From: Chthonomonadales bacterium
Lineage (GTDB): Bacteria; Armatimonadota; Chthonomonadetes; Chthonomonadales; CAJBBX01
NCBI GenBank assembly: GCA_013360745.1
Contig: JABWBA010000010.1
Coordinates: 646 to 64,645, forward strand
Length of the DNA: 64,000 nt
Direction: 5' to 3'
Under the pieces are notes generated by a model that worked only from the letters and a program-made list of their open reading frames with translations, was not told where the DNA came from and searched no databases. Below, in pieces: positions 45,586 to 55,841 of the stretch (positions within the stretch are counted from its first letter, which is position 1; every line of letters starts with the position of its first letter). The position numbers and the translations under genes were made by a program.

Positions 45586-47595
45586 TTACGCCTGGATCGT
45601 CGCCCAGAGAGTCAGGAGGACATCGTCCCGATCGATATGCCCGTGGGCGCCTCCGAGGGCCGGCGGCCCCGCGTACATGATCCGACTCGCATCCACGTTG
45701 AGAAATCGGCAGCCGGAACCCCGCCCGGCGATCGGATTCAACAGCGGAGGGCTGATGAGCATCGGCGGCATCACGTGGTGTTCCGCCTCCAGGTCGCCGC
45801 TCAGCCCCACGCTGCCCGCAGCCAGCCGCCCGACGCTCGCCAGAGGGTACCAGAACCCGTTGGCCGTGTCGTACCGGGTATAGAGGGCCGAGACGGCGCC
45901 CGTGATCCGGGCGCGCAGGGTGGCCTCCCGATCGTACCAACCCGACGCGATCGCGCCGTTGAGGAGCGACACCGTCCGGATGGAGCCGGAATAGCTGGTG
46001 TTGAAGGCCAGGCTCCGCGCGGCATTGCTGACGACGAGCGCCCCGAAGCTATGGCCCGCGAAATGCAGCTTCGCTTCGCCGAGGATCGGCCGCTCGCGAA
46101 CGAGCTCTGCGATCGCCTCGCCGAGCTCGACCCCCGTGCGAACGCCCCGTCGCTGCATATCGTAGTAGGCAAGCTGACTCTCGATCACATCGGCCACGCC
46201 GGTGGCCCTGCTGTCCAGAGCCACGGCCCGTCGCAGGAGCAAGATCGGCACGCGGGCGATCGACGCAAGGAGCCATCCAACGTTGAGGGCAGGCGTCCGG
46301 GATTCGGGTCGATCCCGCAGCCCCGTCCGTTCGTCGGACACCAGCCGCACCATCTGAACCAGCCGCCCCAGCCCGAAGCCGGATAGGACGAGGCCGATCA
46401 GGCTGATGGCCAGCAAGGGCATCGAGAAGAGAACCTGTAGATAGAACCACGGGATCATCGCCAGCCAGGGTATCCCTGCGGCGGGCTTGTTGAGGGCGAA
46501 CACGCTCCGCCACAGGCCCACCGCCGCCAGCAAGATGAGCGATATCAGGCCGAGTCCTGCGGCCGCCCCGAGGTGGACCCACGCGCGAGCGGGGATCATC
46601 GGCAGTCCGGCTGGAAGGTCCTCCAACACCGGCACCGACATGGCAGTCGTGCCGATAACGCGCCAACACTGGCCCGCGACGTCCCGAACGGTGCCCCGAC
46701 GCACAAGGGTCTGCGGACGGTCAGCGCCGTCGGGGCCGAGGACGAACTGCACATCCCGAACCGAGTAGCGGGGTACGGGCAGGTTCACGATCAGGCCGAC
46801 GAGGGTCAGCAGCGGCACGACCGACATCAGAAAGCCGACGAGCTTGCGGAGCCCTCCGAACGCACCCAGAAAGCCGCCCGGAGCCTCCGATTGCGGATGG
46901 ACGATCTTTCGGGGCGCGGCATAGGTGTAGCAAGTCCACAGTACGGCGACCTTCCGATCCAGCTCCGAACCGGCCGCCGCGCGGAGATCGTACCGGCTAT
47001 CGAGTGTCTCCGCAAGGTATCGCGCGAGGTCGTCGACCTCCGGCCCTGTCGCCTCGATGTCGGGCGCGGAGAGAGACGACAGGAGCTCGAACATCAGCTC
47101 GAAATCCCGCTCCATCTCGTTCTCCGTCGCAGCCGCATCGATCGGACGGAACACCTCGCGCACGTTCTTGAGGAACTCCCGCTTGCTCCTGCGGCCGTCC
47201 CTATCGATCCAGAGATTCTCGCCCGGGTCCGAATGCCAGTGCACCGCGATAAAGAGAGGATTGAAAGCGGCCGGGGGCTGGATCGCGCCCCGCCCGATGA
47301 GGTTGGCCAGGCGCGCGACGATCCGATCGTACGCGGCCATCGCGCTGAAGAAGTTCCGGTGCCAGCCGTGGCTGAGGACGATCACATCCGTGATCGGCCC
47401 GGTCTGCGCATCGATATAGGTCACGATTCTCCGCAGGACGGAAGCGCGCGCAGCGGTTCCGCGCGCCCCGAGGATCGGGAGCAAAAAGAAGGGGCGGCGA
47501 GAACGGATATCCGGCGGACCGTCCGGTCCCACTAGAAAGGGATTGGACGAGCCGGACCCCGGAACGGCGAACAAGCGTGGAGCAGACCAGCGCAT
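45586..47595 (-). CDS. Alpha/beta hydrolase with a large membrane-spanning insertion
   Basis: VIVLSHGWH, GHSFG nucleophile, C-terminal GAHGH, and several hydrophobic segments between them. RBS GAGGAGG. Confidence 0.7.
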   Translation of the reverse strand: MRWSAPRLFAVPGSGSSNPFLVGPDGPPDIRSRRPFFLLPILGARGTAARASVLRRIVTYIDAQTGPITDVIVLSHGWHRNFFSAMAAYDRIVARLANLIGRGAIQPPAAFNPLFIAVHWHSDPGENLWIDRDGRRSKREFLKNVREVFRPIDAAATENEMERDFELMFELLSSLSAPDIEATGPEVDDLARYLAETLDSRYDLRAAAGSELDRKVAVLWTCYTYAAPRKIVHPQSEAPGGFLGAFGGLRKLVGFLMSVVPLLTLVGLIVNLPVPRYSVRDVQFVLGPDGADRPQTLVRRGTVRDVAGQCWRVIGTTAMSVPVLEDLPAGLPMIPARAWVHLGAAAGLGLISLILLAAVGLWRSVFALNKPAAGIPWLAMIPWFYLQVLFSMPLLAISLIGLVLSGFGLGRLVQMVRLVSDERTGLRDRPESRTPALNVGWLLASIARVPILLLRRAVALDSRATGVADVIESQLAYYDMQRRGVRTGVELGEAIAELVRERPILGEAKLHFAGHSFGALVVSNAARSLAFNTSYSGSIRTVSLLNGAIASGWYDREATLRARITGAVSALYTRYDTANGFWYPLASVGRLAAGSVGLSGDLEAEHHVMPPMLISPPLLNPIAGRGSGCRFLNVDASRIMYAGPPALGGAHGHIDRDDVLLTLWATIQA

Positions 47596-47738
47596 CGTAA
47601 CGCCTCCTCGACCCGGCGATGGTTCGATGTCTGTGCGGGTATTCCCGACGGGCCACGCAGCATTGTACACCAGCCGTCGGGTCTCCGCGGCACGGCCCCG
47701 CAGGGCGCCTCACTCGCGACGGGCAACGACGCCCCGGG

Positions 47739-48572
47739 CTATTCCCGAGGTTTCGGGCTCCAGCGGGAGGAGGGCCAGGTGAACACGTCGCGCGGATCCT
47801 CGAGATCCCACGCGACGGTTCTGGCCGAGATTCGCCGCACGCCCGGAGCCTGTGCGACGCCCTCCGCCGCTCCGGCCCAGGACCATTCGGCGCGGACGGT
47901 GATGGGAGGGTTCGGCGTCCACGGTCGGGCGGAGCTCAACGCTCCGAGCGCCCGCGCGATCTCGGCCCGAATCGACGCCCGAACCGCCGTCGTATCGTAG
48001 AGCTCGCACGCCTCCCAGCCCAGACCCCGCTTCGTCGGAACCGCACGCACATGGGGAAAGAGGCCCCGCGCCTCCGCACACGCCGCTTCGTCGCCCGACA
48101 GGAAGACCAGCGGTACGCCGTAGACGCCCGCATAGAGGGCCATCTGGCCCAACTCGCCCTGTTCCGCGCCGTTCAACCGGTAGGAACAGATGACCTTCGC
48201 TGCCTGAGTGTGATCGAGAAATCCGCGGATCGTGTTCACCCGGGCGTGCTGGCCGATCATCGCCACGGCCGCAACCGACTCGTCCAGGCCTTCCCAGCGT
48301 ACGGGATCGAGGGATCGGAACCAGACCCGTGCGGCGCGCGGATCCAGCAGGTCCAGCATGAAGCCCCGATTCTGGTTCCTGCCGTGCCCGTCGAGGATGC
48401 GAACCTCGGTGGCGCCCGCGTCGAAACAGCCCGCGATCGCCGCGTTGGCGTCTTCGGTGAGCTGCCTGCGGCCATAGAGATAGTCCGGGTGGTCATCCTC
48501 GGCGGCGTAGCACTGGTTCCAGGTCGAGATGCCCGCCAATCCTTCCATATCCGTACAGATCCAGACAATCAT
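47739..48572 (-). CDS. M55 family D-aminopeptidase (DppA-like)
   Basis: TDMEG, DGHG, GQHA, DHT, VFLSGD. Confidence 0.9.
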   Translation of the reverse strand: MIVWICTDMEGLAGISTWNQCYAAEDDHPDYLYGRRQLTEDANAAIAGCFDAGATEVRILDGHGRNQNRGFMLDLLDPRAARVWFRSLDPVRWEGLDESVAAVAMIGQHARVNTIRGFLDHTQAAKVICSYRLNGAEQGELGQMALYAGVYGVPLVFLSGDEAACAEARGLFPHVRAVPTKRGLGWEACELYDTTAVRASIRAEIARALGALSSARPWTPNPPITVRAEWSWAGAAEGVAQAPGVRRISARTVAWDLEDPRDVFTWPSSRWSPKPRE

Positions 48573-48609
48573 CGTCGATATTCGTTCCTTTCTGACAAGG
48601 GTCCCATCC

Positions 48610-50781
48610 TTATCGCTCCGGCGGAGCGAGGGCCCGGCAGCGACGGGCGATTTCGGCGGGGGCCAGCGCCCGATCGTAGAGCCGCACCTCATCGAGCAGA
48701 CCGACAAAGTGGGCTTGATGACCCTCCTCATAGGAGCCGAGATGAAGGCGGAAGCCGTTGGGCGCGATCGGGCCCTTTCGCTCCATCGACGCGGCTTCTC
48801 GGCCGTCGACGTAGAGCCGCATCACCGTTCCGTCGAACGTTCCAACGAGATGGACCCAACGGCCCAGCGGCAGGGGCTCCGGTGCGGTCAGGTGATGGCT
48901 CCAATCGGTCAACGGCACATTGAAGCAGGGCCTATCGTCGATCAGCCCGAGGCGATAGCCGGTGTTGATCCCGCCGGCCAACACCCGGTTGATGATCCAG
49001 TTGTTCCTCTGCCCCCTTGTCTTGGCGGTCACCCAGCACTCGAGCGTCAACCCGTCGGACACCGAGAGGGCCGGGCTGTTCGGCACCGCCACGCAGCCCC
49101 CGTCGCACACCAGCGCCCGTCCTGCCAGCCCGACGGTCCGCTTCGCGCCGATCCGGACGCCGCCCAATCGGTGGCCGGAGTAATCGAACGCAACGGGCGC
49201 GTCGTCCGGCTCATCAAACGTCCACCAACCGACGAGTCCCGACATATCGGCCCCGGGTCGAGTGACCTTTTTCGAGCCGAGCCTCCGCAGTTCGCGCTCC
49301 TTACGGACGTGGGTCCGGAACGGCGTGTCGTAGGGCCCGAGCCCGACGTCCTCGGGTATGAGGTCGTCATGCCGATCGGGCGCCGTTGAAAAGACCCGGC
49401 GAACCGCATCGAGATAGCCGAAGCCGTACTCCCGATAGGGTGCGATATAGTGCCCCTCGCCCCATTCGTTCCAGTTATCGAGCAGGAGCATCCGGCTCCC
49501 GAGCTCGTCGGGCGGCAGCGATTGGGCGAAGGCCTTCGCGCTCCGCAGCAGCGTTTCGAAACTGTCCGGAGGAAGCTTCCAGATGCTGCCCTCGTCGTTC
49601 CATCCGCTCCAGGCCTGTGAGACCGTGATGACCTGCGGCAGGATCCCGAGCTCCTGAGTACGGCGGATATGGCTCATCTGGATCTCGATGGCTTTCTCCG
49701 GCGGCGGGCTGCCCGGCACGGGCCAGACATAGGCGAACGAGTAATCGAGGCCGATGTCCCGCATCAGCTGCCTGTGCTGTCGATCCAGCCCCCGGTACTC
49801 GCCGAGCAGCCAGAGGCCGTCGAACCCCGCCTGGCGCACGGCCTCGCGCATCCGATCGAACGCGCGTCGGACGTTGGCGACGCCTCCGAGATCGTCGACG
49901 AGGAACTCCGGACGATAGATGAAGAGGACCGGCTTGCGATCCACCTTCAGATAGCCCGGGTTCCTGAAATAGTTCTCCATCCAGAACGGGAGGAGATTCT
50001 CCATGAGATCCTTCTCATCGGAGACGCCCGCAACACCCCGGGCCTGGTTCTCCCACATGATCGTGAACTTCATCTGCGAGGCGTAGCGGGAACGGAAGAG
50101 CGCATCGTGAATGGCGCTGCCGAATCGCTGCCGCACGGGACCTCCCTGCCCATCCCGGTACCAGCAGTAGATGAAGAAGTTGACGCCGTGCTCCACAGCC
50201 CATTTGGTCTCCCAGTCGGCGACCTCCGGGTTCTCCTGAGCGTAGAAGCCGAGGGCGGGAGTCCGCTCCGGATGCTTCAGGACGTTGGCCCACATGTAGG
50301 GCTTGTCCGCCTCCCAGAGCGGGCAGTTGTGCGCGCCGACGAGCATGTCCGTCTCGATCGGCTTCGGTTCGGGCACGTATTCGAGCTTTCGGATGGGTTG
50401 GGGCTCCAGAAACAACACGGTCACCTCGACGGCCGCCGAACCGGCTCTGCATCCGAACCGATACTCGCCCGGCGCATCCGCCCGGACCGTCCAGGAGACG
50501 GATCGCTCCTCGTGGTCCGCAAGGCGCAGACGCCGCTCGGCCCGATCCTTGATCAGCCGAACCCCCGCAGGAACGCTGAGGGACACCGTAACCGAAGCGG
50601 CGCGATCCCCGTCATTGCGGAGCAAGGCGGTGAGGGCCGCTGGCCGCTGGGCGCGGCAGATTGGGGCCGCGGGCTGGAAGTCCTGGATCACCACCGGCGT
50701 CTTATGCGGCTCCACGGCAGACGGAGCTGCAGGCGATAGGCCTGAGGTCAGAGCGGCCAGGCCGCAGGTCCAGAGGATCAT
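48610..50781 (-). CDS. Secreted GH99-like glycoside hydrolase with N-terminal Ig-like and C-terminal LamG domains
   Basis: AVEHGVNFFIYCWY, LDNWNEWGEGH, and LamG motifs WVHLVGTFDG and GLLDEVRLY. Confidence 0.82.
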   Translation of the reverse strand: MILWTCGLAALTSGLSPAAPSAVEPHKTPVVIQDFQPAAPICRAQRPAALTALLRNDGDRAASVTVSLSVPAGVRLIKDRAERRLRLADHEERSVSWTVRADAPGEYRFGCRAGSAAVEVTVLFLEPQPIRKLEYVPEPKPIETDMLVGAHNCPLWEADKPYMWANVLKHPERTPALGFYAQENPEVADWETKWAVEHGVNFFIYCWYRDGQGGPVRQRFGSAIHDALFRSRYASQMKFTIMWENQARGVAGVSDEKDLMENLLPFWMENYFRNPGYLKVDRKPVLFIYRPEFLVDDLGGVANVRRAFDRMREAVRQAGFDGLWLLGEYRGLDRQHRQLMRDIGLDYSFAYVWPVPGSPPPEKAIEIQMSHIRRTQELGILPQVITVSQAWSGWNDEGSIWKLPPDSFETLLRSAKAFAQSLPPDELGSRMLLLDNWNEWGEGHYIAPYREYGFGYLDAVRRVFSTAPDRHDDLIPEDVGLGPYDTPFRTHVRKERELRRLGSKKVTRPGADMSGLVGWWTFDEPDDAPVAFDYSGHRLGGVRIGAKRTVGLAGRALVCDGGCVAVPNSPALSVSDGLTLECWVTAKTRGQRNNWIINRVLAGGINTGYRLGLIDDRPCFNVPLTDWSHHLTAPEPLPLGRWVHLVGTFDGTVMRLYVDGREAASMERKGPIAPNGFRLHLGSYEEGHQAHFVGLLDEVRLYDRALAPAEIARRCRALAPPER

Positions 50782-50988
50782 CGTTCCTTCCTTCTTGAGA
50801 CAGAACACCGCGACATCGCGCAGGCGGTCGATCGCGCATCATAGCCCAACTGTTCGGTATCCCATCTCGATGCACCTGCCGCCCGGAGCCCCGGGCGGTT
50901 GAGCGATTGATGGATCGTCGCGGGTCCGACGATCGTGATGATGGCCGCCGCCCTGCAGTGGCTTTTCTCGCGCGGGTACAATGGCGCC

Positions 50989-51789
50989 GTGGAGACAGAG
51001 GCCCATACTCCGGCACGCAGGACGCTGCGGGACATCCAGACGCACTATCGACAGGGCGCGATCCTATCGATGGTGACGTGCTACGATTTCGCATCCGCGC
51101 AGCTGCTCGACGGCTGCGGCATCGACATGCTGCTCGTCGGGGATTCCCTTGGCAACACGATGCTCGGATTCGAGACGACCCTTCCGGTAACCCTTGAGGA
51201 CATGATCCGCCACGGCGCCGCCGTTCGACGCGGCGCGCCCGGCGCCTTCATCGTCGTCGACATGCCCTATATGACGTGCCAGATCAGCCACGAAGAGGCC
51301 CTGCGCAACGCCGGACGCGTGATGCAGGAGACAGGCTGCGATGCGGTAAAGGTCGAAGGGGGTCAGGCGATGGCGCCCACGATCCGCCGGCTTACCGACG
51401 CGGGCTGTCCGGTGATGGGCCATATCGGACTCACACCCCAGTCGATTCACGCGCTCGGGGGCTACCGCCTGCAGGGCAAAGAGGATGAAGCCGCCAAGAG
51501 GCTCATGGCCGACGCCGTCGCTGTCCAGGACGCCGGCGCGTTCAGCATCGTCATCGAGCTCGTCGAGCAGCGCCTGTCCCGGGAGATCACGGAGTCTCTG
51601 AGCATTCCGACTATCGGTATCGGGTCGGGGCCGGGCTGCAGCGGCCAGGTCCAGGTGCTGCACGATGTCCTCGGTCTGTTTCCCGACCGTCACCTGCGGC
51701 ATGCGCGGCGCTATGCGGAAGTGGGCGAAACCATCCGCAACGCCATCCGAAGCTATGCTGAGGACGTCCGGACAGGCAGATTTCCCTGA
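50989..51789 (+). CDS. panB: 3-methyl-2-oxobutanoate hydroxymethyltransferase
   Basis: LLVGDSLG, VVDMP, VKVEGG, HIGLTPQ, GQVQVLHD. Preferred start is GTG 50989. Confidence 0.97.
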   Translation: METEAHTPARRTLRDIQTHYRQGAILSMVTCYDFASAQLLDGCGIDMLLVGDSLGNTMLGFETTLPVTLEDMIRHGAAVRRGAPGAFIVVDMPYMTCQISHEEALRNAGRVMQETGCDAVKVEGGQAMAPTIRRLTDAGCPVMGHIGLTPQSIHALGGYRLQGKEDEAAKRLMADAVAVQDAGAFSIVIELVEQRLSREITESLSIPTIGIGSGPGCSGQVQVLHDVLGLFPDRHLRHARRYAEVGETIRNAIRSYAEDVRTGRFP

Positions 51790-51829
51790 CCCTCCACCAA
51801 CGCAACCCACGACCCTCGAGGTATGTTGA

Positions 51830-52723
51830 TTGAGATCGTTTCAGCAAATCCCTGAACTTCGCACCCACCTTAATGCGCTGCGGGAGGAAAAACTGGTCAT
51901 CGGCTTCGTGCCGACGATGGGGGCTCTCCACGACGGGCACATAGCCCTGATCCGCCGGGCCGTAACCGAATGCGACCGAACCGTCGTTTCGATCTTCGTG
52001 AATCCCATTCAGTTCGGTCCGGGTGAGGACTTCGACCGATATCCGAGGGACCTCGCTCAGGACTCCCGCATCTGCCAGGAGGAGGGTGTCGACGCGCTGT
52101 TCGTCCCTGCCGTCGGGGAGATGTTCCCTTCCGCCGACGGTGACGGCCCCGCGGAATCACCAACCCGTGTGCACGTGCCCGCCCTCGAGGACATCCTCGA
52201 GGGCGCCGCACGACCGGGGCACCTGTCTGGTGTCACGACCATCTGCGCGAAGCTGTTCAATATCGTCCAGCCGAGGCGCGCCTATTTCGGCCAGAAGGAC
52301 TACCAGCAGCTGATCGCGATTCAGAGGATGGTGGCCGATCTGTGCATGCCGATCACGGTCGTGCCGGTGGCGACCGTGCGCGAGCCGGACGGGCTCGCGT
52401 TGTCCTCTCGCAACGTGTATCTGTCGCCCGAAGAGCGGCCGCGGGCCGTCGCCCTCAGCGCTGCCCTGAAGGAGGGTGAGCGGCTCTATGCGGCGGGCGA
52501 ACGGAACGCCGACACGCTCCGCGAGGCGGTCCGGGATGTCCTGGTCCGGGCGGGCTTATCGGCGATCGAGTACATCGAAGTCGCCGATCCCCGAACCATG
52601 GTCCGGTTGAATCATATCGACGATGAGGCCGTGCTCCTTGCGGCGGTGCGCATCGGCGCTCTGCGCCTGATCGACAATGTGCTGCTGGGCATCACGCTGA
52701 ACCAGCATCTGCGACGCCTGTAA
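51830..52723 (+). CDS. panC: Pantoate--beta-alanine ligase
   Basis: VPTMGALHDGH, FGQKDYQQ, LALSSRN, RLIDN. Confidence 0.98.
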   Translation: MRSFQQIPELRTHLNALREEKLVIGFVPTMGALHDGHIALIRRAVTECDRTVVSIFVNPIQFGPGEDFDRYPRDLAQDSRICQEEGVDALFVPAVGEMFPSADGDGPAESPTRVHVPALEDILEGAARPGHLSGVTTICAKLFNIVQPRRAYFGQKDYQQLIAIQRMVADLCMPITVVPVATVREPDGLALSSRNVYLSPEERPRAVALSAALKEGERLYAAGERNADTLREAVRDVLVRAGLSAIEYIEVADPRTMVRLNHIDDEAVLLAAVRIGALRLIDNVLLGITLNQHLRRL

Positions 52724-52738
52724 ACGAGGCCATAACCT

Positions 52739-53101
52739 ATGATCCTTCGATCCCTTCTCCGCAGCAAGATCCACTGGGCGCGGGTGACCGAGGCCGAAGT
52801 CGACTACGTCGGCAGCATCGCCATCGATGCGGACCTCATCGAGCGGGCCGATCTGATGCCGGGCGAACGGGTGCACGTCTGGGATGTCGAGAACGGGCAA
52901 CGGTTCGAGACGTACGTGATCGAGGCCGAACGCCTGAGCGGCACCATATGCGTCAACGGCGCGGCCGCCCACCGAGTCGAGGTTGGCGACCGGTTGATCA
53001 TCGCGGCATTCGCCCTTGCCGACGAACCGGTCGAGCCCCGGATCATCATGGTAGACGAGGACAATCGGTACAGGCCGGTTCCGCCGGCTGACGCGCGTTA
53101 G
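52739..53101 (+). CDS. panD: Aspartate 1-decarboxylase
   Basis: KIH..RVT, Y.GS cleavage site, RFETYVI, NGAAA. Confidence 0.97.
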   Translation: MILRSLLRSKIHWARVTEAEVDYVGSIAIDADLIERADLMPGERVHVWDVENGQRFETYVIEAERLSGTICVNGAAAHRVEVGDRLIIAAFALADEPVEPRIIMVDEDNRYRPVPPADAR

Positions 53102-53107
53102 CCAGTC

Positions 53108-53674
53108 ATGACGGGCCGGGACGTCGTCGACTCGCCTCCGTTTCCGGCCGGGATCACGGTCCAGCAGTCGGCGGACGAACTGCGGATCGTGCGTCGATGG
53201 AATCGCCTCGCGGGCATCGGGCTGCTTGCCTTCGCCTTCGTGTGGGACGGCTTCCTCCTCGTATGGTACCTGGCGGCCTTCAGCGGCCACGCGCCGCTGA
53301 TCGCATTCCTGTTCCCGATCGTCCATGTGATCATCGGAATCGCCCTCGCGTATTCCGGCCTTGCGAACGCGTTCAATACGACGACGATATCCGTCCGCAG
53401 CGGCCGCCTGACCGTCGTCCACAACCCGATACGCTGGCGAGCGCCCATGCCCATCTCGATCTACGATCTGCAGCAAGTCTTCGTGAAGAAACATATCCGT
53501 TCGGGCAAGCACGGGCGCACGACCACCTATTCGGTGCATGCTCTGCTGCTGAGCGGGCGCTCCATCGGCCTGGTATCCGGCCTCGACAGCCGGGAGCAGG
53601 CGCAGTTTCTGGAGCGGCGGCTCGAGCAGTATCTGGGTCTGATCGACAGCCCCGTTGCGGGAGAGATGTCGTAG
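53108..53674 (+). CDS. Hypothetical two-TM membrane protein
   Basis: Two hydrophobic helices followed by a soluble PH-like region. Lies 6 nt after the panD stop. Confidence 0.75.
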   Translation: MTGRDVVDSPPFPAGITVQQSADELRIVRRWNRLAGIGLLAFAFVWDGFLLVWYLAAFSGHAPLIAFLFPIVHVIIGIALAYSGLANAFNTTTISVRSGRLTVVHNPIRWRAPMPISIYDLQQVFVKKHIRSGKHGRTTTYSVHALLLSGRSIGLVSGLDSREQAQFLERRLEQYLGLIDSPVAGEMS

Positions 53675-53793
53675 AGGTTCCGCCCCGGACCGGCAGGAAA
53701 CGCGGCGACCCCTTTCGAACAAATCGTGCATATGCTGATCGACGAGGGCCTCCGAGCAGAGCTTGCGGTCGATGGTCGATCAAGGAGGTAAGG

Positions 53794-54825
53794 ATGTCCA
53801 GCAAGTTACGAATCGCCCTGCTGTCGTTCGCCCACGTCCACGCCGCCGGATACGCCGAAGCGGTCGCGCAGCGCTCCGACGCCGAAGCCGTCGTCGTCTG
53901 GGACGAGGATCCGGGCCGCGGGCGCGCCGAAGCGGATCGGCGAGGCCTGCCGTTCGAAGAATCCCTCGACGCCGTGCTCGCGAACAGGGCGGTCGATGCG
54001 GTGGTCGTCAACGCTGCGACCAACCTCCATACCGAGACGCTGATCAAGTCGGCGCGCGCGGGCAAGCATATCTTTACCGAAAAGGCCCTGACGATCTCAA
54101 CGGCCGACGCGAGCGCGGTCCGGGACGCGGTGAACGAGGCCGGCATCCGCTTCATGATCTCGCTCCCATCCAGAACGCGCCCCGAGATCCTGTTCGCCCG
54201 GCAGATCCTCGATCAAGGACTGTTGGGGACCATCACGGAGATGCGGGCCAGGATCGCCCATATGGCCGCTCTGGATCGGTGGTTCGGCTCGGGCGAAGGG
54301 CACGGGGGCAACGCGTGGTTCGGCGACGTCGACGCGGCGGGCGGCGGCGCCTTTTTCGATCTTGGCTGTCATCGAGTCGATATCATGCGCTGGTTCCTCG
54401 GGGAGCCGGAGTCGGTCGTGGCTCGGATGAACAACGTCAGCGGCGCGTACGATATCGACGACAACATGGTCGCTGTCGTCGAGTTCAAGAACAAAGCGCT
54501 CGGCATCCTCGACGTCTCATGGGTGCATCGTTCGGGGCCCAATCCCCTCGAGCTATACGGAACCGAGGGTTTCCTCAGCATCGGGCTGGGACCCGGCCCC
54601 AACATCTGGCTCGAGAGCCAGCGCCTGGAGGCGGCGGGCATTCGCGGCGCGATTGCTCCCTCCAACCTGCCGCCTGCCCTGCCCACGCCGATGGATCAAT
54701 GGATCGGGGCTATCAAGGACGGCACGCCCATGACCATCACGATCGACGACGGATGGAACCTGACGCAGCTCATGGATGGCTGCTATCGCGCCGCCAGGAC
54801 CGGGAGCGCCGTCCGATTCCCGTGA
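53794..54825 (+). CDS. Gfo/Idh/MocA oxidoreductase
   Basis: SFAHVHA, TEKAL, DLGCHRVD, RBS GGAGGT. Confidence 0.9.
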   Translation: MSSKLRIALLSFAHVHAAGYAEAVAQRSDAEAVVVWDEDPGRGRAEADRRGLPFEESLDAVLANRAVDAVVVNAATNLHTETLIKSARAGKHIFTEKALTISTADASAVRDAVNEAGIRFMISLPSRTRPEILFARQILDQGLLGTITEMRARIAHMAALDRWFGSGEGHGGNAWFGDVDAAGGGAFFDLGCHRVDIMRWFLGEPESVVARMNNVSGAYDIDDNMVAVVEFKNKALGILDVSWVHRSGPNPLELYGTEGFLSIGLGPGPNIWLESQRLEAAGIRGAIAPSNLPPALPTPMDQWIGAIKDGTPMTITIDDGWNLTQLMDGCYRAARTGSAVRFP

Positions 54826-55160
54826 ACGTCCGCGATGCTGTCTTTGCGGTGGTAGGCCGGATACCGCCGGGCAAGGTACTGTCCTACGGTCACGTCGCTG
54901 ACCTCGTCGACGGCGTTCGCGTTACGCCGCTCACCGTGGGCCGCATCATGGCAACCGCGGACGCAGACGCGCCATGGCACCGAGTGATGGCCCGGGATGG
55001 TGAGCTGGTGATCGCCCGACGGAGCCCCCGTCTCGCGGAACTACAGAAGATACGGCTTCTATCCGAAGGCGTTGCGTTTGATGGTGAGGGGCGTGTTCGG
55101 ATGGATCTGCACACATGGCATCCCGGAGGTACCCTGTTCGACGATATGGAGGGCGATTGA
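54822..55160 (+). CDS. Alkyltransferase-like (ATL/YbaZ) MGMT-family protein
   Basis: IPPGKVLSYGHVA and PWHRV (Trp in place of the catalytic Cys). GTGA start/stop overlap with the upstream gene. Confidence 0.88.
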   Translation: MNVRDAVFAVVGRIPPGKVLSYGHVADLVDGVRVTPLTVGRIMATADADAPWHRVMARDGELVIARRSPRLAELQKIRLLSEGVAFDGEGRVRMDLHTWHPGGTLFDDMEGD

Positions 55161-55164
55161 CGGG

Positions 55165-55731
55165 ATGGATGCCGTTGTATTCGTGGGCTTCGATTGGTCC
55201 CGTTATTTGCGGCTCCGTCCCGCCCTCGCATCGGGCGATGGGATCGGTTCCTACCGCACACTCGAGGACGCGGAGGCTCAGGCAGTCATCGCCCAGCTTC
55301 CGGAAGAGGCCTCTGGAGCCGATATCGCGAACTGCGTCCTGGCCGAGGTATGCGCCGTGGGTACGCCGGTGATGTGCCGAAGAGCGCTGGTCGATCTCGT
55401 CAAGCGGCTTCAGACCACCGATTCCGGCGAGGCCGCGTCGGAACTCCTCACCGAGCTGGCCCTCGGCAGAACGAACATCGAGCCGTGGTTCCAATCGGAT
55501 GTCGGCCTGATCGGACTTCTGACCCCCGCTGAGACGCGTCGGCTCAGGGAACACCTGAACGAACACGCTGCCGAACGCCCGGTCCAGACGAGGCGCGGCG
55601 GCCTTGCCGGCGTCATCGACCTCATGCGGGCGGATGGGAGCGAGGACGCGCTCATCGCCGAGATCCGGACCCTGGCTGTTTGGTGTGCCGCGGCGCAGTT
55701 CGGCATGGCCGCCCTCACCCGCGACTCCTGA
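55165..55731 (+). CDS. Hypothetical protein
   Basis: GC3-biased ORF immediately after the ATL stop, with GGAGGG upstream. Confidence 0.7.
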   Translation: MDAVVFVGFDWSRYLRLRPALASGDGIGSYRTLEDAEAQAVIAQLPEEASGADIANCVLAEVCAVGTPVMCRRALVDLVKRLQTTDSGEAASELLTELALGRTNIEPWFQSDVGLIGLLTPAETRRLREHLNEHAAERPVQTRRGGLAGVIDLMRADGSEDALIAEIRTLAVWCAAAQFGMAALTRDS

Positions 55732-55761
55732 GGACCGCCCGAAGCAGACGGCGGGCCAGAC

Positions 55762-55778
55762 AAGCCGTGGGACGGCTT
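55762..55778. terminator. Short hairpin between convergent genes
   Basis: AAGCCGT-GGG-ACGGCTT. Confidence 0.45.
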
Positions 55779-55841
55779 ACGCGCACCCTGCGCCATCGGC
55801 GCTCGTCTTCAGCCGCTCGCGCGGATGGAGCCGGAGCCGCC

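Noticed and set aside
50782-50988. pan RNA motif upstream of panB
   Set aside because: I could not see the tandem bulged hairpins, and the -10 box sits directly before the start codon, leaving no leader.
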